DNA of 64,000 nt from Octopus bimaculoides. Lineage: Eukaryota. The notes beneath the pieces are model-generated. The model was given only the letters and a program-made list of their open reading frames with translations, ran no database searches and was not told the origin of the DNA. Every line of letters begins with the position of its first letter. The first letter of the stretch is position 1. The position numbers and the translations under genes are program-made. Positions 61,597-64,000 of the stretch are shown piece after piece. Where the stretch lies: assembly GCF_001194135.2 (NCBI RefSeq), contig NC_068999.1, positions 23,064,836 through 23,128,835 of the forward strand. The letters run 5' to 3'.

Positions 61597-62244
61597 AATT
61601 ACTTCAAAGCTTTGTTGATGTTCAAAGAAAAGACACATTTCCATTGTATGAAACACAGGAATATTAAAATATATCCTTATGAGACAAGGAACTTTGAAGG
61701 ACAGCTATTACAGAACTTTGGCCAATCCTCTTCCCAAGCTGTCAAAAGACCATCGCAAACTTAACATCATAGTGAAACCAATACATACAGATATGGGTGC
61801 ATATATCTATTTACTCATATGATTAAATCTATTTAAAGCAATAACCACCCTTCCTTTTTTTTTTTTCATATCTGATTACATGATGCAACATGTTTTAACT
61901 GTATTAAAAACGTATTCAGGTAATTTCAGAATACTGTGTTTTGACTAAATTGCTCTGTATTTCCTTTGTAAACAAATGAACAGATTTTGATTTTTGGTAA
62001 CTCAAACTACTAAGAGCTTCTTAAGTATCTTGAAAAACTGAAAACTTATCTTTAATTCTTACTGTGCATGTTGCACACACAGAAATACCACCAATAAAAT
62101 TCCCAGAAATCTGTAGAAACATTGATTATAACTTTTACAAGATATAGGTACAGCAAAAAAAAAAAAAAATTATTAGTGTTTCAGACAAATAACATTTACT
62201 AAACTATGTAAGTAGATATTTTCAATAAAGTATTATATTACTAA

Positions 62245-62477
62245 AAGAAAATGAGATGACAAAGCTATAAAAGATTATCTTATGAACTTCATTAGCTAAC
62301 AGCTGTTTCTGCTATAAGATGCAGTGGACTCATTGTTGAGTGCTTGAGTAATACCTTATAGCTTCATTGGAGCCTCATGCAATCAACTATGAGCCCATTG
62401 CATCTTATTTCCGAAACAGTTGTAAGTTAATGAAGCTCGTAAGATAATCATTCATTCCTTTGTCATCTCATTTTCTT
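62245..62477. repeat. ~95-bp imperfect inverted repeat (fold-back/MITE-like)
   Basis: AAGAAAATGAGATGACAAAG..GATTATCTTATGAACTTCATTAGC..GTTGA mirrors TCAAC..TTAATGAAGCTCGTAAGATAATC..CTTTGTCATCTCATTTTCTT. Confidence 0.8.
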
Positions 62478-62819
62478 ATCACTCTGTACTCGACTAATGC
62501 TTCATTCTGAAGAATATTGAGTTCTGTACCAGGTTATCAGTTTTGCAATGCCTAAGCAAAATATTAAAATGTATTATATGATTAAACTAAGATGAGATAT
62601 TGTTACAGTGAAGAAATGTCTTCTGCAAAGAAAACCAAGAAAAAAACCCATGACTAATCAGCATTTGCAGTAATTTCCTCTTCGTGAGATTATGTAAGAT
62701 ATTTAGTCCATTTCAGAAGATTAGAATTGAAGAAAATTGTCAATACCAATAAGCTAGTCTTTTGAAATATCCCAAGAAATTGTTGAGGAATTACTTGAAA
62801 TGAAATATATTATTAGGTG

Positions 62820-63015
62820 TTTGAGCTGGCAGAATCATTAGAGTGTCAGAAAATTTCTTTGCAATATTTCTTTCAGCTCTTGATGTTCTGCGTTCAAAAT
62901 TCCACTGAGGTCAACTTTGCCTTTCATCCTTTTGAAGGGCAATAAAATAAGTACTAGTTGAGCATCTACTTTTCCTCTCCATTCAAAATGACTGACCTAG
63001 TGCCAAAATTAAGAA
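62820..63015 (+). mobile_element. SINE family B
   Basis: GAGCTGGCAGAATCATTAG head and GAGGTCAACTTTGCCTTTCATCCTTT. Confidence 0.75.
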
Positions 63016-63379
63016 AAATTATTATAGTAGGCAGAAATGATAGAGCACTTCTCTGTATGTTCATTAATCTCATTTAATTTCAGTCTCCCATTTTTGTAAT
63101 TGTTTTTTTTTTATCTTTAGTTTAAAGCTTATGATCCAATATGGCTTGTTCCAAAACAATTGTTAATGGAAATTGATTATATTCCCATGTTTTAGAATTG
63201 AGAAATACATTTTTCATTGTTGAGAATTTGACAGGGTTGAATCAGTTCTGGAACATTACAAAATATGTAAAATTTGTAAGTTATCATTTGCATTGTAGTT
63301 GACGGAATATTGAAATAATCTAGACACAAACATTAGAGAAGATACTAGAGGATATTAAATGCCAAATATATACTCTCTT

Positions 63380-63690
63380 GTGAAGGTGTGTGGCTCAGTA
63401 GTTAGAGAATCAGGCTTACTCACAATCATGAGGTTGTGAGTTTGATTCCCAGACTGGGCTGTGTGTTGTGTTCTAGAGCAAGACACTTTATTTCATGTTG
63501 CTCCAGTTCATTCAGCTGTAGAAATGAGTTGTGACATCACTGGTGCCAAGCTGTATCGGCCTTTGTCTTTCCCTTGGTATGTATAAACAACCTTGCCCAG
63601 ACTTGTGTCTCAGAGGGGAACTTTCTAGGTGCATCCCATGTCCATTCATGACCAAAGGGGATCTTTACTCTATTGCTCTCTTAATAAATT
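63380..63690 (+). mobile_element. tRNA-derived SINE (family D; a related head lies at ~26675-26820)
   Basis: GTGGCTCAGTAGTTAGAG A-box, GTGAGTTTGATTCCC B-box and a CORE-like GAGCAAGACACTTTATTTC. Confidence 0.7.
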
Positions 63691-63727
63691 TGATGGATGT
63701 ATATAGCAGAGTAACCTAATTGCTAGT

Positions 63728-64000
63728 TCATCATCGTTTAATGTCCGCCTTCCATGCTAGCATGGGTTGGACGATTTGACTGAGGACTGGCGAACCAGAT
63801 GGCTGCACCAGTCTCCAATCTGATTTGACAGTGTTTCTACAGCTGGATGCCCTTCCTAACGCCAACCACTCCGAGAGTGTAGTGGGTGCTTTTATGTGCC
63901 ACTGGCACAAAGGCCAGTCAGGCAGTACCGGCAATGGCCACGCTCAAAATGGTGTATTTTACATGCCACCTGCACAGGAGCCAGTCCAGCAGCACTGGCA
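63728..64000 (-). mobile_element. RTE LINE 3' UTR (runs off the window)
   Basis: CATCATCGTTTAATGTCCG..GGATGCCCTTCCTAACGCCAACCACTCCGAGAGTGTAG. Confidence 0.85.

Overview
AT-rich, gapped eukaryotic draft sequence. Large N runs lie at 5106-5580, 10876-11395, 13570-14385, 15200-15549, 16541-16665, 20028-20365, 34375-35253 and 47871-48225. It is almost entirely decayed mobile DNA and microsatellites; the repeat complement looks like an octopus/cephalopod genome (inference, no search run). The only host coding sequence I can recognise is a 51-nt first coding exon (57318-57368, +, MGNKQTALNHDDLEAYQ) of a CIB2/3-like calcium- and integrin-binding protein gene, in a CpG-rich promoter-like region. It is too short for the ORF track. 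Mobile elements seen: Penelope-like elements (PLE), R4/Dong, RTE, Tx1-like and CRE non-LTR retrotransposons, two internally deleted Ty3/Gypsy elements, a probable solo LTR nested in a Tc1/mariner transposase, MITE-like hairpins, and several tRNA-derived SINE families. The most notable signal is ten hammerhead-ribozyme (HHR) motifs with a CUGANGA...GAAA..NUH core, mostly palindromic helix III, and usually a long helix II. Seven of them sit in four long inverted repeats of the same divergent topology. One of these (33.0-33.5 kb) joins a tRNA-like Pol III head to a hammerhead-containing tail, a candidate PLE-mobilised 'ribozyme SINE'. All structures were folded by eye and none is experimentally validated. 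No prokaryotic genes or CRISPR arrays were found. Boundaries of decayed repeats are approximate.
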